Below are positions 27,301 through 36,923 of a stretch of DNA of 47,478 nt, piece by piece. The position numbers and the translations under genes were made by a program. Positions within the stretch are counted from its first letter, which is position 1. Every line of letters starts with the position of its first letter. The stretch comes from Candidatus Aenigmatarchaeota archaeon (GTDB lineage Archaea > Aenigmatarchaeota > Aenigmatarchaeia > QMZP01): the NCBI GenBank assembly GCA_016782405.1, contig JADHYO010000001.1:1-47478 (forward strand). The letters run 5' to 3'. Below the pieces are notes generated by a model. It was given only the letters and a program-made list of their open reading frames with translations, did not search any database and was not told the DNA's origin.

Positions 27301-28631
27301 GGCACAACTACATCTGGCCTAATCCTCCCATCATCAGTTGGGCCCCATGAACTGAATGAACTCATCGCTTCTGAATCATCCACTGCACCGACTACGATGT
27401 TGTTTTTTGCTGTTGCAGCAACTCCAGTTGTGTTATATCCAGGGTAGGGTGCCCAGGTGCTTGTACATGCATATGATCGCTCATTACCTGCAGCCCAAAT
27501 AGAAATGAACGGCCTTCCAAGCGAGCCGCGGACAGTCTGGTCCACAAGCTGGGCAGTTGTCTCATAGTCCCCATTAAATGCACAGGAATACCCATTTAGT
27601 CCGGCATTGCTTCCAATTGAGTTGGTGTTTATACTTGCATTATATATGTGCAGGGATTCATTGTAATCATCCTCTAAGTCAGTTGATGTGTTGTACAGAC
27701 AGTATGGGACGCAGTTGCCATAACCATATGAAACAATTGTCACGTTTGGTGCCATCCCTTTCCTGCAGCTAACCCCAGAGCCTCCAACAGTTCCAGCTAC
27801 GTGTGTGGCATGACTTGCCACAGACTCGCCCCCTTCTCCCTGTGTTACCCTCCCTATTAAATCGTTGTGACTGTCAAGGACCAAGCCACCGTCATAGACC
27901 AGTACAGTCACTCCAGAGCCTTTCAAATTATAGGGCGCTGCCTGTATGGTGTTAACATTTGCAGCGCTCCGTATCCCGTCATTCAACTCGCTCATTGGCG
28001 GTGGGAGCTGGTCTATCCATTTCACCTCACCCTCCCGGGCCAGTTGCCTAATCCGTCCTGGCTTCAGACCAACCTTTAGGGCGTTTAATGTTGGGAATTC
28101 CTCAGTCACAGTCCCTCCTTTTCTCTCCACAATCCCTGCTGATTCTTCCAAGTCAATGTCCTTGAAGAAATAAACAATAAGTGTTAGGGAGCCGTCAGAA
28201 TTTATGCTCCACTCAGCAGGGTTTTCCAGGTTCGGGCTTATTTTATCATCTTCTTCCAGCTGTGCCAGATACGTCACCTCACTTCTCTGGGTGGTTGCAG
28301 AAGGATTGTTCACCTTAGCGATCCAGGCCTGCTCTGGTATGTATTCCAGAAGCTCAATCCCCTCTTCACTAAGCTGCTGCTGCTCTTTTGGGGTTGGGAT
28401 ATGGTCAAGTTGTATTAAGTAATATCCAGGTGGCTGGAAGTCCAACCCTACCCGCTTTCCTGGGGAAATTTGTCTGGATTTCAAGAGTATTTTTTTCTCT
28501 TTTCCCACCACTTTGACTTCCTTGATTTTAAGTTTTGCAACTTTTTTCACCACAAAACCCTCAAAAGCAAGATATTGAATTATGGCAATCGCCACAATCA
28601 AAACAATGATAATAGACACGGCCCTCTTCAT
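24363..28631 (-). CDS. Large membrane-anchored S8 (subtilisin-like) serine protease
   Basis: VYDGG, HATHVAGT and GTSMATP triad; AAGN oxyanion motif; Asn-rich Ig-like region; Cys-rich repeats; N- and C-terminal hydrophobic segments. Confidence 0.93.
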   Translation of the reverse strand: MKRAVSIIIVLIVAIAIIQYLAFEGFVVKKVAKLKIKEVKVVGKEKKILLKSRQISPGKRVGLDFQPPGYYLIQLDHIPTPKEQQQLSEEGIELLEYIPEQAWIAKVNNPSATTQRSEVTYLAQLEEDDKISPNLENPAEWSINSDGSLTLIVYFFKDIDLEESAGIVERKGGTVTEEFPTLNALKVGLKPGRIRQLAREGEVKWIDQLPPPMSELNDGIRSAANVNTIQAAPYNLKGSGVTVLVYDGGLVLDSHNDLIGRVTQGEGGESVASHATHVAGTVGGSGVSCRKGMAPNVTIVSYGYGNCVPYCLYNTSTDLEDDYNESLHIYNASINTNSIGSNAGLNGYSCAFNGDYETTAQLVDQTVRGSLGRPFISIWAAGNERSYACTSTWAPYPGYNTTGVAATAKNNIVVGAVDDSEAMSSFSSWGPTDDGRIRPDVVVPGVSISSLDDDSNSDCTVKSGTSMATPAVAGIAAIVVEDYKNYNSNNVLLPSTMKALLTHTAKDLNETGPDYTTGWGLVNATAAVDKVRENVNSTVIVEDNITATGDSKTYSINASGTESELKITLAWDDYEGTPLAAKALVNDLDLIVTAPNSSQAFPWTLNVSNPTQPASQLQKDDINPIEQVLVSSPAAGEWIVVVNGTSVPQANQSFSLISSHELQSNNLTITLNSPSNNTLTGNTTIEFNCSVFDIQNNLTNISLYTSALGNWALNQTSDVSGASNSSSWELAGIPEGKFEWNCLAFNELNESNFSASNFTLTIDATNPTWENNASDIHSTYAESASVFNVTWNDSTGMDSVLIEGNWSGSAMNYTMVSFGNNVTNHNETLPAGTFYWISFGNDTAGNENSTEKIEFTIDKATSNVTLLLNSTQGNISAVENSSINFTVIVSPNQTILLFINNSLSGNSSGRVENISVLESPGTYNITAIFEENQNYSVNFTTYNLIVNDTTSPNITAANISQPLASVGENITIIAKVSDNGVLDTIRFNITNSTANFTGTLYSAGIGLFNSSINTSSLLGMYSVTIHANDSWGNEVNLSAGSLEVASPVNVSMSINNNAGNATNVTRVKVYYNGTSILRAQSTTNVSEFIASIPTGFFDIAFETADFNATIFSTNISAETNRNISLDSGFSVSTGLPSGIIAFRESVSMETGFNFSKVSLSIQYTEGEFTSESRVHPYACHTWNFSARTCEGSWESLLANYSLSTSGNFVIINSTNLSAFSIAENFTCGDSVCDSSESCSSCSTDCGACATTGGSSGGGGGGGSSPVTCTESWNCTPWGQCQKGTQTRECVDENSCNTTTSKPVESQSCSYCGDNKCDPEEKGSCPQDCPAPKPEPPKKICIPDELKCSGNNVTKCSPDGMQWLKQESCDFGCKEGKCLPGGSPAGRFFSEQPAVAATAVGGIVAAIIIVAFYLRFYRKRKRN

Positions 28632-28672
28632 GTTTTATTTATGCTCAACGTTTATATTAAGGGTGAGCTGAC

Positions 28673-28981
28673 ATGGAAACAGGTGAGTCTATGACACTCA
28701 AGCGGAAAGACTACACGATCCATTACATTAAACCTTGCACTGTTGAAAAAGGGAAGAAAATGGCAAAGATCCGGCTGAAAAACCCGCCTGCAGGGATATG
28801 CAACAAGTTGAAAAAAACATTCAGTGATGCTAAATGCTTCCCTAACCTAGGCGTTACCAGAATAGAACGTGGCAGGAAACAAATTATTATTTTCCAGAAC
28901 GGGGAGATTGTTATTCGCTCAGCAGAGAATGAGAAGGATGTCATCAAGACAGCAGATGCGATTCTAAAGGCACTGAAATAA
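28673..28981 (+). CDS. Small protein with possible single TBP-like domain
   Basis: FP.L...IIIFQNGEIVIRSAENEKDV.K.A..I resembles one TBP repeat. Start may be 28691. Confidence 0.65.
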   Translation: METGESMTLKRKDYTIHYIKPCTVEKGKKMAKIRLKNPPAGICNKLKKTFSDAKCFPNLGVTRIERGRKQIIIFQNGEIVIRSAENEKDVIKTADAILKALK

Positions 28982-29008
28982 TTTATAGCATCCCCCCAAA
29001 CAAATTTA

Positions 29009-29854
29009 ATGAACAAGAGAATTGTTTCTGTTCTGCTTGTTTTATTTGTTGTGTTATTCTCAGTTTCAACAACATTCACAGGACATTTCTTGCAAGAGGC
29101 TACCTTGGATGAAGCTCCGCTGAAAGGAGAAACATTTCTAGTTGAAAGGGTGATCGATGGGGATACCTTGGTGATCGAGGGTGGGGAAAGGGTCCGCCTA
29201 CTTGGAATCGACACACCGGAAACAGGTCAGCACCTCTTTTCAGAGGCAACATCCATTCTGAAGGAATTGGTAGAAGGCAAGCTAGTTAGGTTGGAGAAGG
29301 ACATTACTGATCGGGATAAATACGATCGCCTGCTCCGCTACATCCATATCAATGGAATGTTTGTCAACACTGAGCTCCTGAAGCATGGGATGGCTTCCAC
29401 GCTTTTTTACGAGCCTGATATTCGCTACCAAGAAGAATTTCTCCAGGCAGAAGCTCTTGCAAGGGAAGCTGGTCTTGGTGTTTGGGCATTTCCTGCTGGT
29501 GATTTTTGCCTTGGGATCTTCCGCTTACACTACAATGCCCGCGGAGACGACAATGATAACCTGAACGATGAGTATGTTACATTCAGAAACAAGTGCTTCC
29601 ACCCAATCTCTTTGGACGGGCTTCTACTGAAAGACCATGCCAATGCATCTTTCAGTTTCCCTGACATTATGTTAGCAAACAAATCCACTGTCACACTGCA
29701 CACAGGTTCTGGTAAAGACAGTGCAACAGACCTTTTCTGGGGAAAGACCAGGGCAGTCTGGAACAATAATGGAGATTCCCTGACAATCTGGCACAAAGGG
29801 GAGCAGCTGCTACAGCATACGTATCAAGGCTTTTTAAAAAGCAACCCCAAATAA
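29009..29854 (+). CDS. Secreted thermonuclease (SNase) with lamin-tail domain
   Basis: VIDGDT, VRLLGIDTPE, DKYDRLLRY; LTD motifs NDEYV and VWNNNGD. Confidence 0.92.
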   Translation: MNKRIVSVLLVLFVVLFSVSTTFTGHFLQEATLDEAPLKGETFLVERVIDGDTLVIEGGERVRLLGIDTPETGQHLFSEATSILKELVEGKLVRLEKDITDRDKYDRLLRYIHINGMFVNTELLKHGMASTLFYEPDIRYQEEFLQAEALAREAGLGVWAFPAGDFCLGIFRLHYNARGDDNDNLNDEYVTFRNKCFHPISLDGLLLKDHANASFSFPDIMLANKSTVTLHTGSGKDSATDLFWGKTRAVWNNNGDSLTIWHKGEQLLQHTYQGFLKSNPK

Positions 29855-29859
29855 GAGGT

Positions 29860-30507
29860 ATGAATCACGGGGATTTCATCAAGATCGACTTCCTGGGAAA
29901 AATTGTCAGCACAGGCCAGATTTTCGACTTTACCCAGGAGGAGGTTGCCAAAAAAGAAGGGTTGCATAACACTGAACACAAGTATGTTCCAGCCCTGGTT
30001 ATTATTGGTGACAACATGGTGATTCCTGGTGTTGAGAAACATTTGAAAGAGATGAAGATCGGTGAGGAAAAGGAATTTACTGTTCCACCGGAGGAGGCTT
30101 TTGGTCCGAGGAACCCAAAGTTGGTTAAGCTTTTCCCCATGTCCGCCTTCATCAAGCAAAACATAAACCCAGTTCCAGGGGCATTTGTTGAGATTGAAAA
30201 AATGCGTGGCAAAGTCCAGTCTGCTGCTGCTGGACGGGTCAGGGTTGACTTTAACCACCCGCTTGCGGGCAAGGAATTGGAATACTGGATAAAAATAACA
30301 GCGCAGATAACAACAGCAGAGAGCAAGGTTTCAGAACTCTTCTCCTATTATTCCATACCGCATACACCGGAAATTCAGGATGCTGCGCTTACAATAGAAA
30401 CCGATAAGCCAATCCCTCATGAGATGAAAAGCTTCATCGAAGAAATCATTGCAAAGTGGGTAAAATCGATCAAAACAGTGAAATTTTCTGAAAAAAAGGA
30501 AAAATGA
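29860..30507 (+). CDS. FKBP-type peptidyl-prolyl isomerase (SlyD-like)
   Basis: V.PEEAFG.R and VDFNHPLAGK.L motifs. Confidence 0.92.
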   Translation: MNHGDFIKIDFLGKIVSTGQIFDFTQEEVAKKEGLHNTEHKYVPALVIIGDNMVIPGVEKHLKEMKIGEEKEFTVPPEEAFGPRNPKLVKLFPMSAFIKQNINPVPGAFVEIEKMRGKVQSAAAGRVRVDFNHPLAGKELEYWIKITAQITTAESKVSELFSYYSIPHTPEIQDAALTIETDKPIPHEMKSFIEEIIAKWVKSIKTVKFSEKKEK

Positions 30508-30574
30508 TTTTGGGTCACAAAAGGTTTTTAAATCTTACTTTTATTAGTTAACTATTCAAGCTTACGTGAAAAAT

Positions 30575-31669
30575 ATGGTTGAACAACTTCTCAATACAGT
30601 GCAGGGGGTCTCCGAGAGGCGGTCTGAAATAGACGATGAACTACGGAAGATTCTTGAGTCCAGAAAAGCAGAAATAAAAGTCATAGGAGCTGGCGGCGCC
30701 GGTGGAAATACTGTTTCAAGGCTCATGCAGGTTGGAATTGTTGGGGCTGAAACACTTGTAATAAACACAGATGCCCAGGATTTGCTTTATTCTGATGCTG
30801 ATCGCAAGGTTTTGATTGGAAAAGATATCACAGGAGGCCTTGGCGCTGGCGCAGACCCCAAGATTGGGATGGAAGCAGCCAAGGAATCCAAAGATGAGAT
30901 TAAGCGCGCTATTGAGGGGGCGGATATGGTCTTCATTAACTGCGGCCTTGGTGGCGGAACTGGGACAGGCGCTTCCCCTATAATCGCTGATGTTGCCAAA
31001 AAGCTCGGTGCTCTGACAGTTGCTATTGTCACCCTACCGTTCACAATGGAAGGCAAGCAGCGTGGCAGGAATGCTCAGGAAGGCCTTGAAAACCTAGAGG
31101 GTATGGTTGACACATTGATTGTTATACCAAATGACAAGCTCCTTGACATTGTCCCTGACGTCTCGGTCACGACGGCGTTCAAAGTGGCTGATGAAATCCT
31201 TGTTAATGCTGTCAAAGGTATTGCTGAACTGATTACTAAACCGGGCCTGGTCAACCTGGACTTTGCTGACATCCGAGCAGTAATGGGCTCTGGTGGCCTG
31301 GCAATGATTGGTATGGGTGAATCTGACACAGAGAACCGTGCCATGGAATCTGTTGAAAAGGCGTTGAACAATCCGCTACTGGACATTGACATTGAAGGTG
31401 CAATCGGGGCCTTGATTAATGTCTCTGGTGGAAGTGATATCACAATCAAGGAATGCCAAGAAATCGTTGAAGGTGTCTCCTCAAAGATAAACCAGGACGC
31501 CAAGATAATCTGGGGCGCCCAGGTAATCAAAGAGCTTGGCGACACCATAAGGTCAATGCTTGTAATCACTGGCGTGAAGAGCTCGCAAATTTATGGCCCA
31601 AGCAAGACAATCTCTGCTGAAAAACAAAAAGAGATTGAGAGGGTCCTTGGTGTTGATTTTGTCGGATAA
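30575..31669 (+). CDS. ftsZ: Cell division protein FtsZ
   Basis: [17 protein letters not shown] and NLDFAD motifs. Confidence 0.97.
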   Translation: MVEQLLNTVQGVSERRSEIDDELRKILESRKAEIKVIGAGGAGGNTVSRLMQVGIVGAETLVINTDAQDLLYSDADRKVLIGKDITGGLGAGADPKIGMEAAKESKDEIKRAIEGADMVFINCGLGGGTGTGASPIIADVAKKLGALTVAIVTLPFTMEGKQRGRNAQEGLENLEGMVDTLIVIPNDKLLDIVPDVSVTTAFKVADEILVNAVKGIAELITKPGLVNLDFADIRAVMGSGGLAMIGMGESDTENRAMESVEKALNNPLLDIDIEGAIGALINVSGGSDITIKECQEIVEGVSSKINQDAKIIWGAQVIKELGDTIRSMLVITGVKSSQIYGPSKTISAEKQKEIERVLGVDFVG

Positions 31670-31679
31670 ATTTCTGGAT

Positions 31680-32780
31680 TTACTCTGCTTTAACCCCTTC
31701 CCTGTCAATAGTAGCATCAATTAAGTAGAGGCCTGCTTCTTTCCATGCCTGCTTGATTTTTTCTGAAACTTCAGGGGAAAAACTAACTGCAATCCCACAG
31801 TCTCCGCCCCCTGCGCCGGATAGCTTGCCAGCCCCGCCTGCCCTGTTAGCAATCTCACTCAATGTCTTCAGGTCTGCGGTTTCAATAGGAACCCCTGATT
31901 TCTGGCCTAAATCCTGCAGAAGGGATTCATTCTTCCTGAGAAGATCCAGGACTTTTTCCCTGTTCTGCTCTTTCCAGGCAGGTATGAGCTCCCCAACAAG
32001 GGATGCGATACCTGCAAAAGCCTGATTGTATGCCTCTTTATTATCTGCAGCCCATGCATTCAGTTGTTTTATCATTGCTGAAGTAGAGGCTGATTCCTTT
32101 GTCCAGCCAATATCCAATCTGAAGTCCTCAGAAACCTCCAGTGGCTCCACCATAAAGCCGGGCCATTCCTGTGAAACAATCTCCTTTAGGGAAATCCCTG
32201 CTTCCATCTGTTCCACAAGCCACTTGGCGTCAAATCGTTTGTAGACGAAAAGGCCACCGTACGTGGAGGCTGCTACATCAAACCCACTTCCCACCTTTCC
32301 CTGGGCATTGTAATGTACAATCGCTGAGAGTTTGTAGATTTCCTCCTTTCCAGCCTGATAACCATGAAAATCCAAGACAGCCTTCACCACAGCCACCACT
32401 GTGGCAGCTGAGGAACCAAAACCTATCTTCTTTTGCTGGCCGCCAATCTCAATTTGGGTGTCCTCGCCCCAGGTCCTGATGGAGAATGGTTTGAACTCCA
32501 CACTGTTCTCCCCCAAGAACCTAAGGACAGTCTCGATTGATGCTTTCAAAAACTTAATATCTCCTGCATTTACTTCCCCCTCCGGGCTAAGAACCTTACC
32601 GTCCCACGTTAGCTTGAGGTCCTTGATACCAAAATCATCAATAGTCACCAAGAACTCCTCGGCCTGGCTTATTTCTGCATGCACGCGTTTGTTAACAGCA
32701 GCTACAATCCCAGGATTACCAACCTCAAGAATAGCCCATTCACCAGACACAAACAATTTCCCAGGAGCTGAGACATGCAT
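31680..32780 (-). CDS. mvaK2: Phosphomevalonate kinase (GHMP, bacterial/ERG8-type)
   Basis: APGKLF..GE.AILE.G, K.G.GSSAA, H...QG..GSG.DVAAS.YGG, K.SGAGGGDCGI. Confidence 0.88.
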   Translation of the reverse strand: MHVSAPGKLFVSGEWAILEVGNPGIVAAVNKRVHAEISQAEEFLVTIDDFGIKDLKLTWDGKVLSPEGEVNAGDIKFLKASIETVLRFLGENSVEFKPFSIRTWGEDTQIEIGGQQKKIGFGSSAATVVAVVKAVLDFHGYQAGKEEIYKLSAIVHYNAQGKVGSGFDVAASTYGGLFVYKRFDAKWLVEQMEAGISLKEIVSQEWPGFMVEPLEVSEDFRLDIGWTKESASTSAMIKQLNAWAADNKEAYNQAFAGIASLVGELIPAWKEQNREKVLDLLRKNESLLQDLGQKSGVPIETADLKTLSEIANRAGGAGKLSGAGGGDCGIAVSFSPEVSEKIKQAWKEAGLYLIDATIDREGVKAE

Positions 32781-32784
32781 AAAA

Positions 32785-33804
32785 TCACCCTTCGACCCTG
32801 ACACCCTCAACACCAAGCTCTGCTTCAAGCGGCTCAAACCCAAGCTCTTTAATTGTTTTTATTAGCTGTTCCTTGTCTTTATGATAACAAAGCATTGTTC
32901 CTCCACCACCTGCACCACACAGCTTGGCAGCCCCTCCTATTTCCCTAACCCTTTCCACAATCCTGTCAATAGCAGGGGTTGAAACCCCAAACTGTTTAAG
33001 GTTTTGTTGGGTAAGGTCGATTAGACTCTGGACTGTATCAAAATCCTTCCCCTTTAAGGCGGTCCTCATTTCTAGGGCAGCCTTTCCAATAGCTTCCACA
33101 GCAGGATCCCTAATTGAGGGGTCAAGCCCCCTAACATCCTGAACCAACTCTCCTGTGGATTTCTCAGGTTTGCCAGTGTAAACTAGGACAACATTCTCCA
33201 GTGAATAAGGAATCTCCTCCTTTAGTGAGTCAATTGTATTTGGGTCCCCTTTCTGGAACCATATCAACCCTCCGAAGCAACATGCAGCATTATCCCCGCC
33301 AGAAGGGGTTCCATGCTTGAATTGTTCAATCTCAAAAACCAGGGAATTCAATTCCTCTTTCCCCAATGGTTTTTCATAAACCTCAGAAACAGCTTTCACA
33401 AGAGCTGCTGCCAGGGCAGCAGACGAGCCCACACCAGCCCCCACAGGGACATTCCCGCTAACTTTAAGGGAAACCCCAGAATCAATCCCTAACTTGTTCA
33501 ATGCGTGTCCAATCGCAACCTTCTTGAAATCGCTACCCTTGACAAGGGAAAAAACCTCTGAAAAATCCTTTTTTTGAAGCCCCTCTTCCCAGAGCTTTAC
33601 AGCTTGCGAGGCAGCTTCTTTACATTCTTGTACTCCCCATTCCAGGTCAGGTCCCATTTCAGGGTCTGAAACCCTGATATTTTCAGCTTTTTCTGCCTCC
33701 ACCACAGTTCTCCTGCCAATAGCTGCGATGATGGCGGGAGTACCATAGACGACTGCATGTTCTCCGATTATTATACATTTGCCAGGTACAGATACTTTGA
33801 CCAT
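32785..33804 (-). CDS. mvk: Mevalonate kinase
   Basis: PGK.II.GEHAVVYG, P.GAG.GSSAA, HG.PSG.D, AK..GAGGGG. Confidence 0.92.
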   Translation of the reverse strand: MVKVSVPGKCIIIGEHAVVYGTPAIIAAIGRRTVVEAEKAENIRVSDPEMGPDLEWGVQECKEAASQAVKLWEEGLQKKDFSEVFSLVKGSDFKKVAIGHALNKLGIDSGVSLKVSGNVPVGAGVGSSAALAAALVKAVSEVYEKPLGKEELNSLVFEIEQFKHGTPSGGDNAACCFGGLIWFQKGDPNTIDSLKEEIPYSLENVVLVYTGKPEKSTGELVQDVRGLDPSIRDPAVEAIGKAALEMRTALKGKDFDTVQSLIDLTQQNLKQFGVSTPAIDRIVERVREIGGAAKLCGAGGGGTMLCYHKDKEQLIKTIKELGFEPLEAELGVEGVRVEG

Positions 33805-33854
33805 AACTAATAGGAAGGGGTTTGTTTTAAAAAGTTTATTCGTCTACTCTAGAC

Positions 33855-34901
33855 ATGAAGCCAGAACCCTTTAGGATAGATGATTCCCGCATGCCGGTGC
33901 TTTTGGGCAGTGCCACAAAGATTCCGAGCTACGCATACCCCAATTGGGGTATTCCTCCAGGGCGTTACAGAGACAAGAGCGACGATCTTTACTCAGTTGA
34001 ATGGAAGGGTGGTTCCCCCAGGCAGATGCAGTATGTTATTGATGCCGTGACCAGGGCGGGTCTTGGGAACTATTCCGTAATGCTCAGGGACGCTGCAGCT
34101 GAATCTGTTTCTGATATTGTCAAGAGAAAAAAGGGAAGGGTGAACATCTTTGAGCCTGGTGCAGGTGTTAGCACTGAGGTTATCTATAAGAAACTGTATG
34201 AGGAAGGTGTGGACCTTGGTAGAGTGACCTTCGTTATGGTAGAACCTAGTCAATCCCGAGTGGAGGGATCTGCTGCTAAGCTGGAATCAGATTATGGGCT
34301 TCGCAGAGGCAAGCACCTCCATGTTCATTGTGGAAAGGATACAGACTCCCCACGGTTCGCAGAGCCATGCTCCCAGGATATTGTGGTATGCGTTGCCCAA
34401 ATACATCATCATTCCTACCTTGACAAACCATTAACAATGCTACACCATGTCACTGCCCCAGGGGGTTACCTTGTTATTGCAGATTGGCACAATTCAATGT
34501 GGGAACACCCCTCCAGGGTTTATGTATACTTGAAGAATCAATTCGAGTGGGAAACAAAGGACCGCGACCTGGCGGCGTTTGTAAAAGCGTTTCCCAGGGC
34601 TATTAGAGAATTCCCCGAAACATCACCAACCCTTATTGAGGCAAACGAACAAATCAGGCAGTACTGGAAGGATGGTTGGGAAGTGATCAGGGATGAAGCT
34701 ATTTTTAAGGGGGAATTCAAGCCAGATGATGACATCCTGATGCTTGAGGGTCACAGGCCAGTTAGAAAGTATGAAGATGAAATAGAGGCCGTGGGATATG
34801 TCCTCGATGATACGTTCTACAGACGGACTGATTCCCGGAAATTGCTTATCCCAAGGAGCGAGATACTTGCCCAGCTTATTGCGAAAAAACCAAAGGAGTG
34901 A
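33855..34901 (+). CDS. Class I SAM-dependent methyltransferase-like protein
   Basis: IFEPGAG motif I, VEPS, IHH, PGG.L.IADW. Confidence 0.7.
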   Translation: MKPEPFRIDDSRMPVLLGSATKIPSYAYPNWGIPPGRYRDKSDDLYSVEWKGGSPRQMQYVIDAVTRAGLGNYSVMLRDAAAESVSDIVKRKKGRVNIFEPGAGVSTEVIYKKLYEEGVDLGRVTFVMVEPSQSRVEGSAAKLESDYGLRRGKHLHVHCGKDTDSPRFAEPCSQDIVVCVAQIHHHSYLDKPLTMLHHVTAPGGYLVIADWHNSMWEHPSRVYVYLKNQFEWETKDRDLAAFVKAFPRAIREFPETSPTLIEANEQIRQYWKDGWEVIRDEAIFKGEFKPDDDILMLEGHRPVRKYEDEIEAVGYVLDDTFYRRTDSRKLLIPRSEILAQLIAKKPKE

Positions 34902-34935
34902 AAGGTTTAAAAAATTTACCTTCCAGTGAATTACT

Positions 34936-35799
34936 ATGGGTTACATAATTGCGGTTAACTGGGACGTGGACAGGGTATGGTACCCAGGCATTTCCAGTAG
35001 CTACTGCGCTGGGCAAAATCCCCAGGACCCCGAGCCACACCTTAAAAGATTCCTTAAAGGGGGGTTGTTCACTGAAGATGATGTCACAAAGTGGGCAGAA
35101 TATGCTGGCAAAGATACTTCCGACCCTATCCAATCAGTTGGTGACCTTGCAGATTGTCTGACTGCATTATATCATGATATAAAAAATCCAGATGGAAAAC
35201 GTGTGTTAGAAAAATCACAGACAGTCGAGGCCAAACAATCGCTCCTGAGGGGCATGACAATGGAACAGGTGAGAGACATTGCTGATGGTGTAGAACTGAC
35301 TCCTGGTTTACAGAAAGCTATTGAAGAATTCAATAAAAGTGGCGTTCGCCAAGTAGCTTTTTCAGATGGGTTTGGTCCATTTGTTTCCTATGTGGCCAGG
35401 AGAGAGGGTATGGGTTACTGGGGTGTTGTTCCTGCTATTGTGAAGGCTGATGGAAAGGAAACAATCTTTACAAATGAAATGATTGACAGTGATGTGGTAA
35501 TGACAGGAAAGGCAGAACCTTACATCAAAGCAGATGCTTTTTTCGCTCTCTCTGAAAGGCGGGGATATAAGCCTTCTGATTTGGCTGCGATTGATGATTC
35601 TGAGACAAACATACCCACACTGAAGAGAATTCAGGAAGGTGGTGGGGTTGCGATTGGCTTCAACCCAAGCGAGTCCGGTGCACCAAAGTTCCGTCAGGCT
35701 GGCATCCCTATACTCCAACAAGAAGAGAGAACACTGGAGCCATTCATTGAGATTGTTTTAGATCCAACCGATGCAACAATCGGAAAGTATTGTTTATAA
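34936..35799 (+). CDS. HAD-superfamily phosphatase (SerB-like)
   Basis: WDVD, LTPG, FSDGF, K, AIDDSE, AIGFNP motifs. Confidence 0.8.
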   Translation: MGYIIAVNWDVDRVWYPGISSSYCAGQNPQDPEPHLKRFLKGGLFTEDDVTKWAEYAGKDTSDPIQSVGDLADCLTALYHDIKNPDGKRVLEKSQTVEAKQSLLRGMTMEQVRDIADGVELTPGLQKAIEEFNKSGVRQVAFSDGFGPFVSYVARREGMGYWGVVPAIVKADGKETIFTNEMIDSDVVMTGKAEPYIKADAFFALSERRGYKPSDLAAIDDSETNIPTLKRIQEGGGVAIGFNPSESGAPKFRQAGIPILQQEERTLEPFIEIVLDPTDATIGKYCL

Positions 35800-35801
35800 T
35801 T

Positions 35802-36437
35802 ATGAACCGCGATTCAATTGACGTTCTGGAAAGCAATGAATATTCTGTTCTCAAGGGGGTGGAATACAAACCTGTTGCCTGGGGGTACACCACTCGCTCT
35901 GTGGGGGATGGTAAAGATCTTCTTGTTGCAGAGCGAGTTAAGTTAGGTGATGATCTAAGGACTGGGGAGCTTGTCATCCCTGGGGGTGGTCTGAAAAGTG
36001 GTGAGGACTACATACAGGCTGCCATAAGGGAGGTAAATGAGGAGACAGGGGTCACTGCTGTCCCTGGTAATCGTTCCAAGTTCGCCAATCTTAGCGGGTT
36101 ACCTGTTCTCAAAAATAGGGAAAAAATTATAGCTATCTATGATCCCATGGGATTAGTCTGGCTTTACTACAAGGATTCAGGAAAGGCTTATATGGGACAA
36201 ATGGTGGATCTGGAGCCACGGTCAGAACCAGTAAAACCATCAGGGCAAGATGCGAAGCATCCTCATTACCTACCCCTCGAGGAGGTTATCTCCAATCCTG
36301 AGAAGTTCACCCCCGCTTGTCAGATTCTCCTAGAAATGGCTGAAGAGGCTGAACGTTCCACCTTTGTTAAGGATCAGGACATTTCGCTTTCAAGTTTCCC
36401 AATTGTTCTGCATTCAAGGATTAAAAAATCAGACTGA
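35802..36437 (+). CDS. Nudix hydrolase
   Basis: PGGG...GE....AAIREVNEETG Nudix box. Confidence 0.85.
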   Translation: MNRDSIDVLESNEYSVLKGVEYKPVAWGYTTRSVGDGKDLLVAERVKLGDDLRTGELVIPGGGLKSGEDYIQAAIREVNEETGVTAVPGNRSKFANLSGLPVLKNREKIIAIYDPMGLVWLYYKDSGKAYMGQMVDLEPRSEPVKPSGQDAKHPHYLPLEEVISNPEKFTPACQILLEMAEEAERSTFVKDQDISLSSFPIVLHSRIKKSD

Positions 36438-36923
36438 CTTAAATAATTTTTTAAAAACCTCTAGGAATGCCGGGGTGAAAACTTCAGGGGTTTCTAAGAT
36501 TTTTTTCTTGATGCTCTCGAGTGAGTGAAACTCAATCACTGCCATCTCATCATCACTCTTTTTGAACGGTCCATCCGAGGTTCCACGGAAGACCATGATG
36601 TTTTGCATGTGCTCCTTTTCATAACTCCTGACAAGTCCAACCTCCTCCAGCGAGGTTTCAATACCGAGCTCTTCCTTCAGCTCCCTGGTTGCTGCCGTTG
36701 AATAATGTTCTCCTGAGCTGACGTGACCTGCAGCTGAGGAGGTGAGGCGTCCAGGGAACGTGTCCATTTTTTCTGAACGCTTCTGGAGCAGAAGCTGTCC
36801 CTGCGAATTGAAAATCAGAATTTGCACGCATCGATGGATTAGCCCGCGGGAATGACATTCCTTCCTACTGGCCTTCCCAATAACCTTGTCATCCTTGTCC
36901 ACCACGTCATAGTATTCTGTCAT
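36429..36923 (-). CDS. Nudix hydrolase, IDI type-1-like/YfcD-like
   Basis: H..GL.HR, LLLQKRS..K..FPG, GH...GE....A.RELKEELGI. Lacks the IDI catalytic Cys. Confidence 0.8.
   Translation of the reverse strand: MTEYYDVVDKDDKVIGKASRKECHSRGLIHRCVQILIFNSQGQLLLQKRSEKMDTFPGRLTSSAAGHVSSGEHYSTAATRELKEELGIETSLEEVGLVRSYEKEHMQNIMVFRGTSDGPFKKSDDEMAVIEFHSLESIKKKILETPEVFTPAFLEVFKKLFKSV

Noticed and set aside
36429..36923. Assigning the gene symbol idi
   Set aside because: The catalytic Cys and the ENE-type Glu motif of type-1 IDI are not evident.
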